This document shows positions 8,932-18,643 of a DNA stretch of 64,000 nucleotides, one piece after another. The position numbers and the translations under genes were made by a program. Origin of the DNA: Candidatus Latescibacterota bacterium. Lineage in GTDB: Bacteria; Latescibacterota; UBA2968. Under the pieces are notes generated by a model, which worked only from the letters and a program-made list of their open reading frames with translations, was not told the DNA's origin and did no database searches. Each line of letters starts with the position of its first letter. Position 1 is the first letter of the stretch. The DNA lies in the NCBI GenBank assembly GCA_965204375.1, contig OZ241986.1, forward strand, positions 5,248,001-5,312,000, in the 5' to 3' direction.

Positions 8932-9022
8932 GGGGAGTCCTCCGGGTTTGTTTTTTGAATATATTATGGATTGACACGTTGTTTGTCAATATATCTGAGC
9001 AAAAATAAAAGAGGAGAGCGTT

Positions 9023-10132
9023 ATGGTCAGGTTCGGTGTGGTCGGTTTGAAGGGCATGGGCGGGCGGCATGTACGGGAGATTTCAGAGTTGGATCGGGCA
9101 GAATTGGTGGCGGTGGCGGATTTGGATCTGGATTATGCGCGGCAGGTTGGAGAAGAACGGAGTGCGCGCGCCTGGGGAGATTACCGGGAGATGATCGCGT
9201 CCGAGGATCTGGATGCGGTGGTGATTGCAACGCCGCACCATCTCCACGCGCCGATGGGGTTGGATTGTTTGGAGGCGGGGTTGCATACTTTTGTGGAGAA
9301 GCCGATTGCGAATACGGTTTCCGAAGCGGATAGGATGATCGAGGCGGCGCAGGCGCGGGATCTGAAGCTGGCTGTGGGGCACAATTATCGCACGTTTCCC
9401 GGCAATCGCGCGCTGAAGCGGCTGATTGATGAGGGGGCGTTGGGAGAGATTTACCGGGTGCTGTGGATGTGGATTGAGACGCGGCCAGAGGTGTATTACG
9501 ACCGGGATATCTGGCGGTGTACCTGGGAGCACGCAGGGGGCGGGGTGCTGATGAATCAGACGAGTCACGATCTGGATTTGCTTTGCTGGATGGTGGGCGA
9601 TCCGGTTGCGGTTTCTGCGATGATGTGCAATTGGGGTCATCGGGTGGAGATTGAGGATACGGTTGTTGCCAATATCCGTTTTGCCTGTGGTGCCCATGCA
9701 AATGTGCAGTTGAGTACGTGTGATCGACGATTGAATTACAGGCAGATTTCAGGCGATCTGGGTACGATTGAGTTTCGGGATGAGAAGAATGCCAATTCAG
9801 TGGTGCCAGATGTGTTTCGGCTGGGGCGATACGAGGTGCCCATGCGGGCGTTTATAAAGGGAGCAAAGGGGCATCAGCCAGGTATTAGCTGGGAGGATGT
9901 GCCGTCCGATGAAGGTGGGCCAACTCTAATGGAGAGTTTTGTTGCCGCGATTCTGGATGGGGGAGAGGCGATTACAGATGGGGTGACGGCGCGGCGAACA
10001 CTGGAGCTGATTAACGCGATTGTGCTTTCGGCTATACGAAAAGAGGAGGTCGCGTTTCCGGTTGATCGGGATCAATACGATGAGCTTATGGAAGAGCTGA
10101 AGGGTGGAGAGACGCAGGTGGATAGGTTGTAG
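9023..10132 (+). CDS. Gfo/Idh/MocA oxidoreductase
   Basis: VVIATPHHLH, HTFVEKP, GGGVLMNQTSHDLD. Confidence 0.93.
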   Translation: MVRFGVVGLKGMGGRHVREISELDRAELVAVADLDLDYARQVGEERSARAWGDYREMIASEDLDAVVIATPHHLHAPMGLDCLEAGLHTFVEKPIANTVSEADRMIEAAQARDLKLAVGHNYRTFPGNRALKRLIDEGALGEIYRVLWMWIETRPEVYYDRDIWRCTWEHAGGGVLMNQTSHDLDLLCWMVGDPVAVSAMMCNWGHRVEIEDTVVANIRFACGAHANVQLSTCDRRLNYRQISGDLGTIEFRDEKNANSVVPDVFRLGRYEVPMRAFIKGAKGHQPGISWEDVPSDEGGPTLMESFVAAILDGGEAITDGVTARRTLELINAIVLSAIRKEEVAFPVDRDQYDELMEELKGGETQVDRL

Positions 10133-10203
10133 GTTCTGTGCAGTTAAATGGAAAGAAGTAGTAGAGGAAGTGCGTGACCTCATAAAATCAAAGGAGCGCG
10201 AGA

Positions 10204-10575
10204 ATGGCTAAAAAAGTTTTCCTTTCTTATGCATATGAGGACCGTGGTATTGCAGAACAGGTGTCCAGATTATTGAAGGAGCATGGTCACGATACCGACG
10301 ACATGTCGTTTATTGATCCTCAAGTAGATACCGAGATTGGTGACGATGTTCGGGGGGCAATAAAGCAGAAGATGTGTAGCGCGAGTAACGTAGTAATTAT
10401 TGTCACGCCAAATAGTGCAAAATCACAATGGGTGAACTATGAGGCTGGAATGGCATCTGCCCTTGACAAGCCAATTATCCTGATCAGAAGCAAGGACGCA
10501 AAAGATGTTGATTTTGTGACTTCGCTTGCAGACCCCCAGTTGATCGAGATAGGCAACGGGGCGGGTGAACAATAG
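10204..10575 (+). CDS. stand-alone TIR domain protein
   Basis: KVFLSYAYEDR and SAKSQWVNYEAGMA, with the conserved catalytic Glu. Confidence 0.85.
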   Translation: MAKKVFLSYAYEDRGIAEQVSRLLKEHGHDTDDMSFIDPQVDTEIGDDVRGAIKQKMCSASNVVIIVTPNSAKSQWVNYEAGMASALDKPIILIRSKDAKDVDFVTSLADPQLIEIGNGAGEQ

Positions 10576-10650
10576 GGTGCTACCTATCTGCGAAAATTCT
10601 CTGAGCAATTAGCGATACTATACGATTTTTGAAAACACCAAAGATAAACA

Positions 10651-10688
10651 TAAACGCCATCAGCAAAATAGCTGGTGGCGTTTTTTGT
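10651..10688. terminator. intrinsic terminator; near-identical copy at 16140-16177
   Basis: aaacgccatcagc-aaaata-gctggtggcgtttttt. Confidence 0.75.
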
Positions 10689-11794
10689 TATACCAGGTCA
10701 GGATCAATCAATTCAAGAAGTCTGTGCCGGATCTCTCTGGGATTTGCGTCGAGATTTACGGTAGCAAATCGTATGTTGTGGCCCTGTATGTCAACCGATT
10801 CGTCAACTGAACAATTGACAGCAGGATGCAGGAGTATTCCCGATGCCGTGTCCGCCAAAGGATCACCCATGCCCTCTTGGGATCTCAAGTAGGCGTATAT
10901 CTGGTATATGTGGCCTGAAGCCAATGTTTGGTCACGGTAAAACCCTGGCTTAAGAATGGAAGTAAATTTGGTATCTATTATGATGCGGCGACCGGAAGCG
11001 GTATGGTCTAAAACAGTATCTGCACGCATTGAGGGGAGGATGGCATCAATTCCCTCAGTCCTCATACCTTTGGCCCAATCGAGTTGCCGCCCGGGATGAA
11101 CTCTCCACCCGTGCTGTGTAAGCGTAACATCGTAGAATCCAGCGATGGCCTTCTCGTAAAGTTCCCGTACCCATCGGGTTTCGCGGGATGGTGAGGATAA
11201 ATTTCTGGGACCAGCGGTTTCGGTGGGGAGTGCCAAATCAAAGGCCAGTTGCGCCGCAGCCAGCATCTGCCGGTCGGCGATATCTATCCTGCCAGTGAAA
11301 TTTACCGATGAGTCATGTCGGATAAGATGTTCCCCACTTACTCCCATTCGCACTAAACTTGTGGCAAGGGCGCGACATTGACGGGATAGGTCAACGCGTC
11401 GCACCATCTTGGCCGACTTCTCCAATGCCGCTCGAACATATCGGTTGCGTGGTGTATCTACTGTTAGTTCTTCAAACCGGCATGCGACAAGCCCTCTGTG
11501 CAGCATTTGGCGGCGTTCTGTATGGATATGGTCAATTCTGCCGCGCACCCTGCTGAGGATAGCTTGCCGGGGCTGGTAGCCAAAACTCAGGTTTCGCCTC
11601 AACCGGCGTTCTACCGCCCGCGCCAGGATTTCTGCCACCAGATCGGGGATGTCGTCCGGATTGTCTTCGATCTCTCGCTTTTGTAAATCGTTTATTTGTC
11701 GGAATAGTTGGGACGCATAAAGCATCAGCAGCCAGAGATTTCTGACGGGAATTTCTCCGATATATCCCAGTTCGCTTTCTTGAGAGGTGGTCAT
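10688..11794 (-). CDS. mcrC: McrC restriction endonuclease subunit
   Basis: IPVRNLWLLMLYA, IIIDTKF, HIYQIYAY. Confidence 0.92.
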   Translation of the reverse strand: MTTSQESELGYIGEIPVRNLWLLMLYASQLFRQINDLQKREIEDNPDDIPDLVAEILARAVERRLRRNLSFGYQPRQAILSRVRGRIDHIHTERRQMLHRGLVACRFEELTVDTPRNRYVRAALEKSAKMVRRVDLSRQCRALATSLVRMGVSGEHLIRHDSSVNFTGRIDIADRQMLAAAQLAFDLALPTETAGPRNLSSPSRETRWVRELYEKAIAGFYDVTLTQHGWRVHPGRQLDWAKGMRTEGIDAILPSMRADTVLDHTASGRRIIIDTKFTSILKPGFYRDQTLASGHIYQIYAYLRSQEGMGDPLADTASGILLHPAVNCSVDESVDIQGHNIRFATVNLDANPREIRHRLLELIDPDLV

Positions 11795-13536
11795 TAAAAC
11801 CCTTCCAGTAGTTGTTCTCGAGCCTTTTGAGCTATATCCGGCGCATCAAACCAGTATTCGTCCAGCAAGGGACCGATTTCGGTTTCGACCACTTGTGTGA
11901 ACCATTCACGGGAATTATCAATCTCTCCAGCGGAAGGCGTTACATAACTGTGTCCCACCCTGAATTGAGCACCGAGGTTGGAGTCCTCAGCTATCTGTTT
12001 GTTCAGCGCATTCATTCTTTCTTCTACTTGCGATAGAATCTCCTCGCCTATTTTGCACTGATCATGTACCCAGTCTCGCCAGACACTGCCAAATACGGGT
12101 TCTAAATCAACGAAGGCGAATCGCCGGCGAAGGGCGAAATCGACCATAGCGATTGAGCGGTCGGCGACGTTCATTGTGCCAATGACATATAGGTTTTCGG
12201 GAATGTAAACCCGTTCGCCTTCGCGTTTTCGGTAAGAGAGTTCCAATGCCTCAGCCTCATTTCGCTTGTCCGATTCCAGTAGCGTAAGTATCTCGCCAAA
12301 AATTTGTGCGGGATTGCCGCGATTGATTTCCTCAATGATGATCGCATATTCTGACTCAGGATCGTCTTTTGCGGTGTTTATCATCTGAAGAAAGGGACCG
12401 TCAACCAGGTCCAGCTTGCCGTCGCCTGATGGTCGCCATCCTCTTACAAAATCTTCGTAAGAAAGATTGGGGTGAAACTGCACAGGGCGTATTTTGTCTT
12501 CGTCGCGCTTACCTATCGCGGCAAAGGCCAGCTTTTTTGCCAGCCATGTTTTGCCAGTGCCCGGCGGTCCCTGTAAAATCAGATTCTTCTTGTCACTAAG
12601 ACGTTGAAGAATAGTCTCTAATTTCTCCCGTTCGAGAAAACAGCCTTCTGCCAGGATGTTGTCTATGGAATAGAAGGATGCAGTTTCCTTCACTTCTGGA
12701 ACGGAGAGTGTCTCATTATCTTGAGAGTGCTGATCATCTTCAGTCGTGGGTCTCCATTTATTGAAGGGTGAAATATAAAAGTTGACTTCCTCGTCGGGAT
12801 GTTCGGCTTCAAGTCTTTCTCGAATCTTCAATAATGCTATATCAATAGCGACACTGTCCTCGTCGTTAGTGAGTAGATCCTCGTTCCATTTTTTAGCGTA
12901 GAATAGGACTATTGCCTTTTTATTCTCTTCTGGCAGAATTGGTTCAAATGAATCTGGGAACAGAAGAAACAGAAAAGCGTGCCGAAAGTGACGATTTTTG
13001 CGGTGATCTCGATTGTCGAGCCAATCAGCGAATCTCCAGGGAACGGTCAGTAGTGATTTTCTATCCTCTAAGGAAAACCAGTTAAACATTGTGGTGATGA
13101 TGAAACGGAATTCTAGCCCCCGATACTGAATATAAGGTTGAGGAGTGTTTACTATGCCTTGTTTTAATATTGCGCTCAGTGTCTCAGTAGCATCCGGAAG
13201 TTCCACCTCCGACCATTCCCAGACCCTCTTGATATGTTCAATTTTTTTTTCTCGGTTGGGATTTAAGACGATTAGATAAAATATCCATATCATCTCGGCA
13301 CATAGTTGCTTTGCCACCGGGGGAAGAGGATCTAGTCGATGCTCTAGTGTATCGTAGAATTGAGGGGCATTTCTCGGCCAGTCCGTGTCCTCGTCGAAGA
13401 TGGTGCGAAGTTGGCCAAAGTTTTCTCGAGTCCAGAGCGATTCTTCCGTGAATAGCGATCCGCCATTCAAAAGGCACTGCTGCTTCCACTTTTCGGCGGC
13501 GGCGAGAATGGCTTTGGCACTTTTTAATCGGCTCAT
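11794..13536 (-). CDS. mcrB: McrB AAA+ GTPase
   Basis: GPPGTGKT, VQFHPNLSYEDF, IIEEINR, GTMNVADRS, ALRRRF; coupled to mcrC. Confidence 0.93.
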   Translation of the reverse strand: MSRLKSAKAILAAAEKWKQQCLLNGGSLFTEESLWTRENFGQLRTIFDEDTDWPRNAPQFYDTLEHRLDPLPPVAKQLCAEMIWIFYLIVLNPNREKKIEHIKRVWEWSEVELPDATETLSAILKQGIVNTPQPYIQYRGLEFRFIITTMFNWFSLEDRKSLLTVPWRFADWLDNRDHRKNRHFRHAFLFLLFPDSFEPILPEENKKAIVLFYAKKWNEDLLTNDEDSVAIDIALLKIRERLEAEHPDEEVNFYISPFNKWRPTTEDDQHSQDNETLSVPEVKETASFYSIDNILAEGCFLEREKLETILQRLSDKKNLILQGPPGTGKTWLAKKLAFAAIGKRDEDKIRPVQFHPNLSYEDFVRGWRPSGDGKLDLVDGPFLQMINTAKDDPESEYAIIIEEINRGNPAQIFGEILTLLESDKRNEAEALELSYRKREGERVYIPENLYVIGTMNVADRSIAMVDFALRRRFAFVDLEPVFGSVWRDWVHDQCKIGEEILSQVEERMNALNKQIAEDSNLGAQFRVGHSYVTPSAGEIDNSREWFTQVVETEIGPLLDEYWFDAPDIAQKAREQLLEGF

Positions 13537-13719
13537 AGATGTATCCTCTGTTGAATTCCAGGTCCTTTTGTCAAAAATTTTGAGCGTTTGATTACCCGGA
13601 CAATATACTATATATCGCGATCTCGCGCGGGGTTGAAAATTTGCGGATAGGTGTGGTGACAGACTTTCGCTGTTTGGTCAATGGGTTGAAAGCCGATGTG
13701 ACGAGCCGATAAATAATTG

Positions 13720-13753
13720 TTGACAGTGTAACAAAGTATGTTACATTTTGTAA
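13720..13753 (+). promoter_or_regulatory. higBA promoter with palindromic operator
   Basis: TTGACA at 13720; inverted repeat TGTAACA-n5-TGTTACA at 13727-13745 overlapping a TACATT -10; ATG 6 nt later with no SD. Confidence 0.65.
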
Positions 13754-14029
13754 ATGATCACAAGTTTCAAGCATAAAGGGCTTGCCGAACTTTTTGAACG
13801 CGGTCACAGCCGTCGAATGCGCTGGGATTTGCAAAGGCGTTGTTTACGTCGTTTGGAAGTTCTCGATCAAGCGGAATCATTGACAGACTTGAATATACCG
13901 GGGTTCAACTTTCACGGTCTACAGGGATTACCCAAACGTTATAGTATTCACATCAATGGCCCGTGGTGTATTACGTTCGAATGGCAAGATGGTGATGCAT
14001 TAAGGGTCAATCTTGAGCAATATCATTGA
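13754..14029 (+). CDS. higB: HigB (RelE/ParE-family) toxin
   Basis: MITSFKHKGLAELF...FHGLQG...YSIHINGPWCITFEW...EQYH. Confidence 0.92.
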   Translation: MITSFKHKGLAELFERGHSRRMRWDLQRRCLRRLEVLDQAESLTDLNIPGFNFHGLQGLPKRYSIHINGPWCITFEWQDGDALRVNLEQYH

Positions 14030-14036
14030 GGTGATA

Positions 14037-14354
14037 ATGGCTGAATATTTTGTCAAACGTCCGTTGAAGCGCGTGCCTGTTCATCCGGGTGAGATTCTGC
14101 GCGAAGATGTATTGCCGTCGCTTGAGTTATCGGTTAGTGAAGCTGCTCGGCGACTCGGTGTTTCGCGTCAACAATTGCATCGCGTTCTGGCCTGTACGCA
14201 TCCGGTTACGATAGAAATGGCACTCAGAATCGGTAAGCTTGTAGGCAACGGTCCCGGACTCTGGTTGCGCCTGCAACAGGCTTGTGATTTGTGGCGTGTA
14301 GAGCAATCTTTGAAAGACAAACTTGAAGAAATAAGACCTGCGGGTACAAAATAG
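14037..14354 (+). CDS. higA: HigA antitoxin
   Basis: HPGEILREDVL...EAARRLGVSRQQL...MALRIGK...WLRLQ. Confidence 0.92.
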   Translation: MAEYFVKRPLKRVPVHPGEILREDVLPSLELSVSEAARRLGVSRQQLHRVLACTHPVTIEMALRIGKLVGNGPGLWLRLQQACDLWRVEQSLKDKLEEIRPAGTK

Positions 14355-14388
14355 CGGATATTATACCAATTTAAAAAAAGAATACATT

Positions 14389-15204
14389 ATGATCTATCGG
14401 CTCAAAATTACGCTAATGGGTTCCAGGCCGCCGATATGGCGGCGGGTTGAGGTTGATGGCAACATCTCACTTGGAGAACTACATGAGGTGATTCAGCTTG
14501 TGATGGGATGGACAGATTCTCATCTTCACCAATTCATCGTCAAAGATACCTATTATAGCATCCCTTATCCAGGTACGGAAGACTGGGGAATGATGGAAGA
14601 TATCCGAGATGCAAATGAAACCTCTCTTCAGCAGGTCGCCGCTGAGGTTGGGGCGCAAATCATATATGAATATGATTTCGGCGATGGTTGGGAACACAGG
14701 ATTCGGGTTGAACAAATCAAGGAGCCAGAAGCTGAGGTATTTTATCCTGTATGTCTGACGGGAAAACGCGCATGCCCACCAGAGGATGTGGGTGGCGTTT
14801 GGGGGTACGAGGAATGTTTAAGCGCGCTTCAGAACAAAAATCATCCAGAGCATGACAGGTATTCAGAGTGGATTGAAGGGCCATTCGATCCCGAACATTT
14901 TGATCTTGAAGAAAGCAATCGGATGCTATCTTACCTTGACTGCTACAAGGTCTTCAAGCGCGAGAAGGCACCAGCATATACCGATAGACAGGGACAATAT
15001 CTGACATTCATCTATTATTATACGAAGTTGAACGGTTATCCCCCGGCTCAGGCGGACATACAGAGATATTTTCGCGTCACAGGTCCTTCCGTCAACAGCA
15101 TGCTCAAAACCCTGGAAAAACGAGGTCTTATATCGAGAGTTCCCCGCCAACCACGCTCAATCAAGTTGCTCCTGTCCCGCGAGGAACTCCCCGACCTGGA
15201 ATAA
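14389..15204 (+). CDS. pRiA4b ORF3-family protein fused to a C-terminal LexA-type winged HTH
   Basis: PPIWRR, HLHQF, YEYDFGDGWEH, ACPPEDVGG; C-terminal TDRQGQYL...PPAQADI...SVNSMLKTLEKRGLI...PRSI. Confidence 0.82.
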   Translation: MIYRLKITLMGSRPPIWRRVEVDGNISLGELHEVIQLVMGWTDSHLHQFIVKDTYYSIPYPGTEDWGMMEDIRDANETSLQQVAAEVGAQIIYEYDFGDGWEHRIRVEQIKEPEAEVFYPVCLTGKRACPPEDVGGVWGYEECLSALQNKNHPEHDRYSEWIEGPFDPEHFDLEESNRMLSYLDCYKVFKREKAPAYTDRQGQYLTFIYYYTKLNGYPPAQADIQRYFRVTGPSVNSMLKTLEKRGLISRVPRQPRSIKLLLSREELPDLE

Positions 15205-15329
15205 GTCGCAGCATCCTACCTTCAATTTCCCACTTTATATCTGGCGGGATAAGGACGCAAAAGATATTGATTTTGTTGCAGCCCCAATTGATCGAGATAG
15301 GCAATTTTAACTCAATAGGAGAAGTAAGC

Positions 15330-16115
15330 ATGAAACTTTCGTGGATGACTTATGGTGTTTTGAAGGCGCTTTCCCGACGGGATTTGTTGCAGATGTTGAA
15401 GGATCACGGGTTTGAAGGGGTGGAGTTTCGGACGGATGCGGGGCATGGTCACGGGGTGGAGGCGTCGATTGACGAGGCAGAACGAGAGCAGGTGGTGGCA
15501 GATTGCGAGGCGATGGGGATCGATATTATGAGTGTTGCGACGGGCAATCGGTATCACGATACGGATCCGGACGAGCTTCAAGATCATATTGAGCAGACGA
15601 TGATTCGGATGGATCTGGCGTCGGATCTGGACGCGCCTCGCGTGCGCGTGTTTGGGAATAATTTCCCAACAGAAGTGCCCAGGGAACAGACGATTGCTCA
15701 GGTGGCAGAGGCGCTGAAGCCGCTGTGTGATTACGGTGTGGAGAAGGGGGTGAAGCCGTGCTTGGAGTTGCACGGGGAGTTCGATTGGCAAGCGTGCAGG
15801 GCAGTGGCAGAGCAGGTGGATCACGAGAATTTTGGATTGGTCTGGAATTCGGTCCCGCAAGATGTGGTGGATGGATCTGTGAAACAGGCGCTGGATACGG
15901 TATGGCCCTGGCTGGACCACGTGCATATGCACGATCTGGCAGGACAGGGCTATCCGTATCGCGAGTTGTTCCGGTTGCTGCACGAGAAGGGCTATGAGGA
16001 CTACATGTCGGCAGAGACAGAGCGACGACCCGATAAGGGAGTGGGCGATTTGTGGATGTTTGTGGCCTATTATTCAGATTTGTTCAGGGCGTATCGCGAT
16101 CTCGCACGGGGTTGA
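15330..16115 (+). CDS. sugar phosphate isomerase/epimerase (xylose-isomerase-like TIM barrel)
   Basis: GFEGVEFR, CLELH, HVHMHD; SD AGGAG. Confidence 0.85.
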   Translation: MKLSWMTYGVLKALSRRDLLQMLKDHGFEGVEFRTDAGHGHGVEASIDEAEREQVVADCEAMGIDIMSVATGNRYHDTDPDELQDHIEQTMIRMDLASDLDAPRVRVFGNNFPTEVPREQTIAQVAEALKPLCDYGVEKGVKPCLELHGEFDWQACRAVAEQVDHENFGLVWNSVPQDVVDGSVKQALDTVWPWLDHVHMHDLAGQGYPYRELFRLLHEKGYEDYMSAETERRPDKGVGDLWMFVAYYSDLFRAYRDLARG

Positions 16116-16199
16116 GAGAGGTTATAGCGGAGGTAATCATAAACGCCATCGGCAAAATAGCTGATGGCGTTTTTTGTGTTGGGAATTTGTGTCGTAAGT

Positions 16200-17327
16200 T
16201 TATCTGGTCAATATTTCGCGCAGGCGTGCGGTGACAATTTCCTGGTCGTCTTCAATAAAGTTGGTTACGGCGACGCGAAAGGTGTTTGCACTGCCGCGTG
16301 TCCATACGGATGGGTTGCCCTGTCGAAGTTCTTCGATGATTTGCGCTGCGGTTTTGCCCAGTGCGGTTTCATCAACTGTAATGTGTACGCCAGTGCTCAA
16401 GCTGCGCGCGTCGGTGGAGAATTTGGCTGTGATGTGGGGGATGTCTTTCAGGTCTGATAATAGTGCTTCGGATTTGCGTTTGTATTCGGATAGGCGCGCT
16501 TCGTGGTCCATGCTGAACCATTCACGCAGGGCAACGACGACGGCGATGACTTCTTGTCGATCCACTTTTAGCGGGCGGCCTATGGTGTCGTAGGGGCTGG
16601 TTTCATAGCCGATGAAGGAGTGGAGAAAGGCGGCGTCGATCAGGTCTTTGCGTCCGCACAAGATGCCCGTGGAGTGACACGAGCCGATGTATTTGGCACC
16701 GTAGCCTATTAGATCTGCGCCCATGTCGGGATATTTTAGCATGGTTTCGAGGGGATAGACCTGGCTTGCTGCATCGACGATGACGGGTATCCCGTTGGCG
16801 TGGGCGATGCGGACTACGTCTTCGGGGGATAGGACGCCTGCCTGGCCTCCGGGGGCGAAATAGTGGATGGCTGCAGTCTGGTCTGATATGGCGGTTTCGA
16901 GTTGGGCTTCGGTCGTTCCGTTTTCATCGCCGACTTCTATGAGTTTGGCGCCGAAAACAGTGAGTACCGGGTCGTAGTGATAGCGTTGCTTTTTTTGGAT
17001 TAGAATGTGGTGCTTCATCCCCGTGGTATCGGGTAGTTGTTCCATTTTTTTGGGATCGCTGCCCGACATGCAGGCGGCTGTGCTGAGGGCTAATGCCGCG
17101 GCGCATCCGGGTGTGACCATTGCCGCTTCTGCGCCGAGGGTGTCGGCGATGATTGCGCCGGTTTTTTTGAGTAGTTCTTCCATGTCCGCAAAGTAGCGAT
17201 TCGCTATGTCCATTGCAGCTTGCACTTCTGTGCCCACACGCGACCCGCCGATGACTGTCTGATAACCCGATGCGTTGATTACAGGGACAACGCCCAGGTC
17301 TTCGTAGATCTGACTCGCTTTGCTCAT
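16200..17327 (-). CDS. SelA-like PLP enzyme (DgaE-like ammonia-lyase family)
   Basis: PVINASGYQTVIGGS, PVIVDAAS, YGAKYIG, IGRPLKV; start MSKAS at 17327. Confidence 0.75.
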   Translation of the reverse strand: MSKASQIYEDLGVVPVINASGYQTVIGGSRVGTEVQAAMDIANRYFADMEELLKKTGAIIADTLGAEAAMVTPGCAAALALSTAACMSGSDPKKMEQLPDTTGMKHHILIQKKQRYHYDPVLTVFGAKLIEVGDENGTTEAQLETAISDQTAAIHYFAPGGQAGVLSPEDVVRIAHANGIPVIVDAASQVYPLETMLKYPDMGADLIGYGAKYIGSCHSTGILCGRKDLIDAAFLHSFIGYETSPYDTIGRPLKVDRQEVIAVVVALREWFSMDHEARLSEYKRKSEALLSDLKDIPHITAKFSTDARSLSTGVHITVDETALGKTAAQIIEELRQGNPSVWTRGSANTFRVAVTNFIEDDQEIVTARLREILTR

Positions 17328-17344
17328 GATTTCCCTTTCTTTTT

Positions 17345-18580
17345 TTAGACCGCGTAAGCTGAGTTTTTCCATACCTCTCGTGCTACGCGGAGGATGTTGC
17401 CGCCGATGATTTTTGCGATGTCGTCGTCGCTGTAACCCCGTTGTACAAGGCCGACGGTGAAGAGGGGCCAGTTGGTCCAGGTGAGGCTTTGTTCCTGGTG
17501 GGGTTGTCGCCATTCGGAGGAATGGAGCGGGTCTCTGGGCGGCCAGAGTGCCTCCCAGCGGTTGCGCTGTTTGGGGCGGGGGTTGAGTTTGCGGTTGGCT
17601 TCGGCAATGTATTGAGAGGGGTAGCCTCGGTCCGTGCCGATGGTGACGGCGTCGGTGCCAAAGGTTTTGGCGACGTAGTCGATGTGGTCGAGGAAGGCAC
17701 TGATGTCGCCGCTGCCGCCGAGGAATGCGGGTACATTGGTGATGCCCATGGTGCCCCCGGTGTCGAGTACCGCGCGGATGATGTTGTCGGGTTTGCTTCG
17801 GATGTGTTCGTTGAGTGTGCAGGCGACGGAGTGACTGACGACGACGGGTTGTTTGGATGCTTTTGCTGTGTCGAGGCAGGTTTGCCAGCCGGTGTGGGCG
17901 AGGTCAATGATGATGCCGAGGCGGTTCATTTCGGCGACTGTGGCATGTCCAAAGTCGCTCAAGCCCGCGTCGTTGGGTTCGCCGCAGCCGTCTCCAATGG
18001 GGTTGCGGCGGTTGTACGTGAGGTGCATCATGCGCGCGCCGAGTTGTGCAAAGACGCGGATGTAGCGCAGTTCTTCTTCCGGGTTGGTCTGGTCGCCGGC
18101 GAGTGGAATACCGTTGCAGGTGAGATAGGTGCAGCGTTTGCCCGCTTTGTGGGTTGCGACGATGTCGTCGGGTGTGGTGACGCGCTGGAGGAAGTCGGGC
18201 ATGGCGTCGGTGTTGTACGTGTGTCGGGCAAGGCGTTTGATGATGCGCAGGGGGTCGTTGCATTCTTCGCCTGCGTTTTGAAAGGTGCAGGTGACGCCAG
18301 AGGTCTGCCAGATTTCCCGGTATTCTCGACGGAGTTCGGGTGTGAGTGCCCAGCGGGTCATGCCCATGTCTTCGGTGAGGTCTTGCAGTTCGCGGTCAGA
18401 TGCGCCTGCTTCGATGGCTGCGTTGACGGGGTCGGGATCGATGGGTGAGCGCAGGCCCAGGCCGTAGGATTCGATGACGAGGGCGTGTTCGTGGAGTTCC
18501 AGGCCGTGTTCCAGGTCGCGCTGTGACGGTTTGAGGATGTTGAGTGCTATGTCGCGGGCGTGTTGCATTTGGTCGTTCAT
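17345..18580 (-). CDS. membrane dipeptidase (M19) family
   Basis: HLTYNRRN, IIDLAH, VVSHS, IGTD, KIIGGN. Confidence 0.88.
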   Translation of the reverse strand: MNDQMQHARDIALNILKPSQRDLEHGLELHEHALVIESYGLGLRSPIDPDPVNAAIEAGASDRELQDLTEDMGMTRWALTPELRREYREIWQTSGVTCTFQNAGEECNDPLRIIKRLARHTYNTDAMPDFLQRVTTPDDIVATHKAGKRCTYLTCNGIPLAGDQTNPEEELRYIRVFAQLGARMMHLTYNRRNPIGDGCGEPNDAGLSDFGHATVAEMNRLGIIIDLAHTGWQTCLDTAKASKQPVVVSHSVACTLNEHIRSKPDNIIRAVLDTGGTMGITNVPAFLGGSGDISAFLDHIDYVAKTFGTDAVTIGTDRGYPSQYIAEANRKLNPRPKQRNRWEALWPPRDPLHSSEWRQPHQEQSLTWTNWPLFTVGLVQRGYSDDDIAKIIGGNILRVAREVWKNSAYAV

Positions 18581-18605
18581 GGTTATTTTCCTGTTTTATA
18601 TGTTA

Positions 18606-18635
18606 ATCTGCGTCCATCTGCGTCCATCTGCGGAT
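18606..18635 (+). repeat. three units of the atctgcgt(t/c)c repeat ending in atctgcggat
   Basis: Visible directly; intergenic. Confidence 0.85.
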
Positions 18636-18643
18636 ACCTGTTT

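Noticed and set aside
16200-17327. SelA-like gene as the true selenocysteine synthase
   Set aside because: About 375 aa, lacks the N-terminal region of bona fide SelA, and sits among catabolic genes far from selD/selC; it fits the SelA-like lyase clade better.
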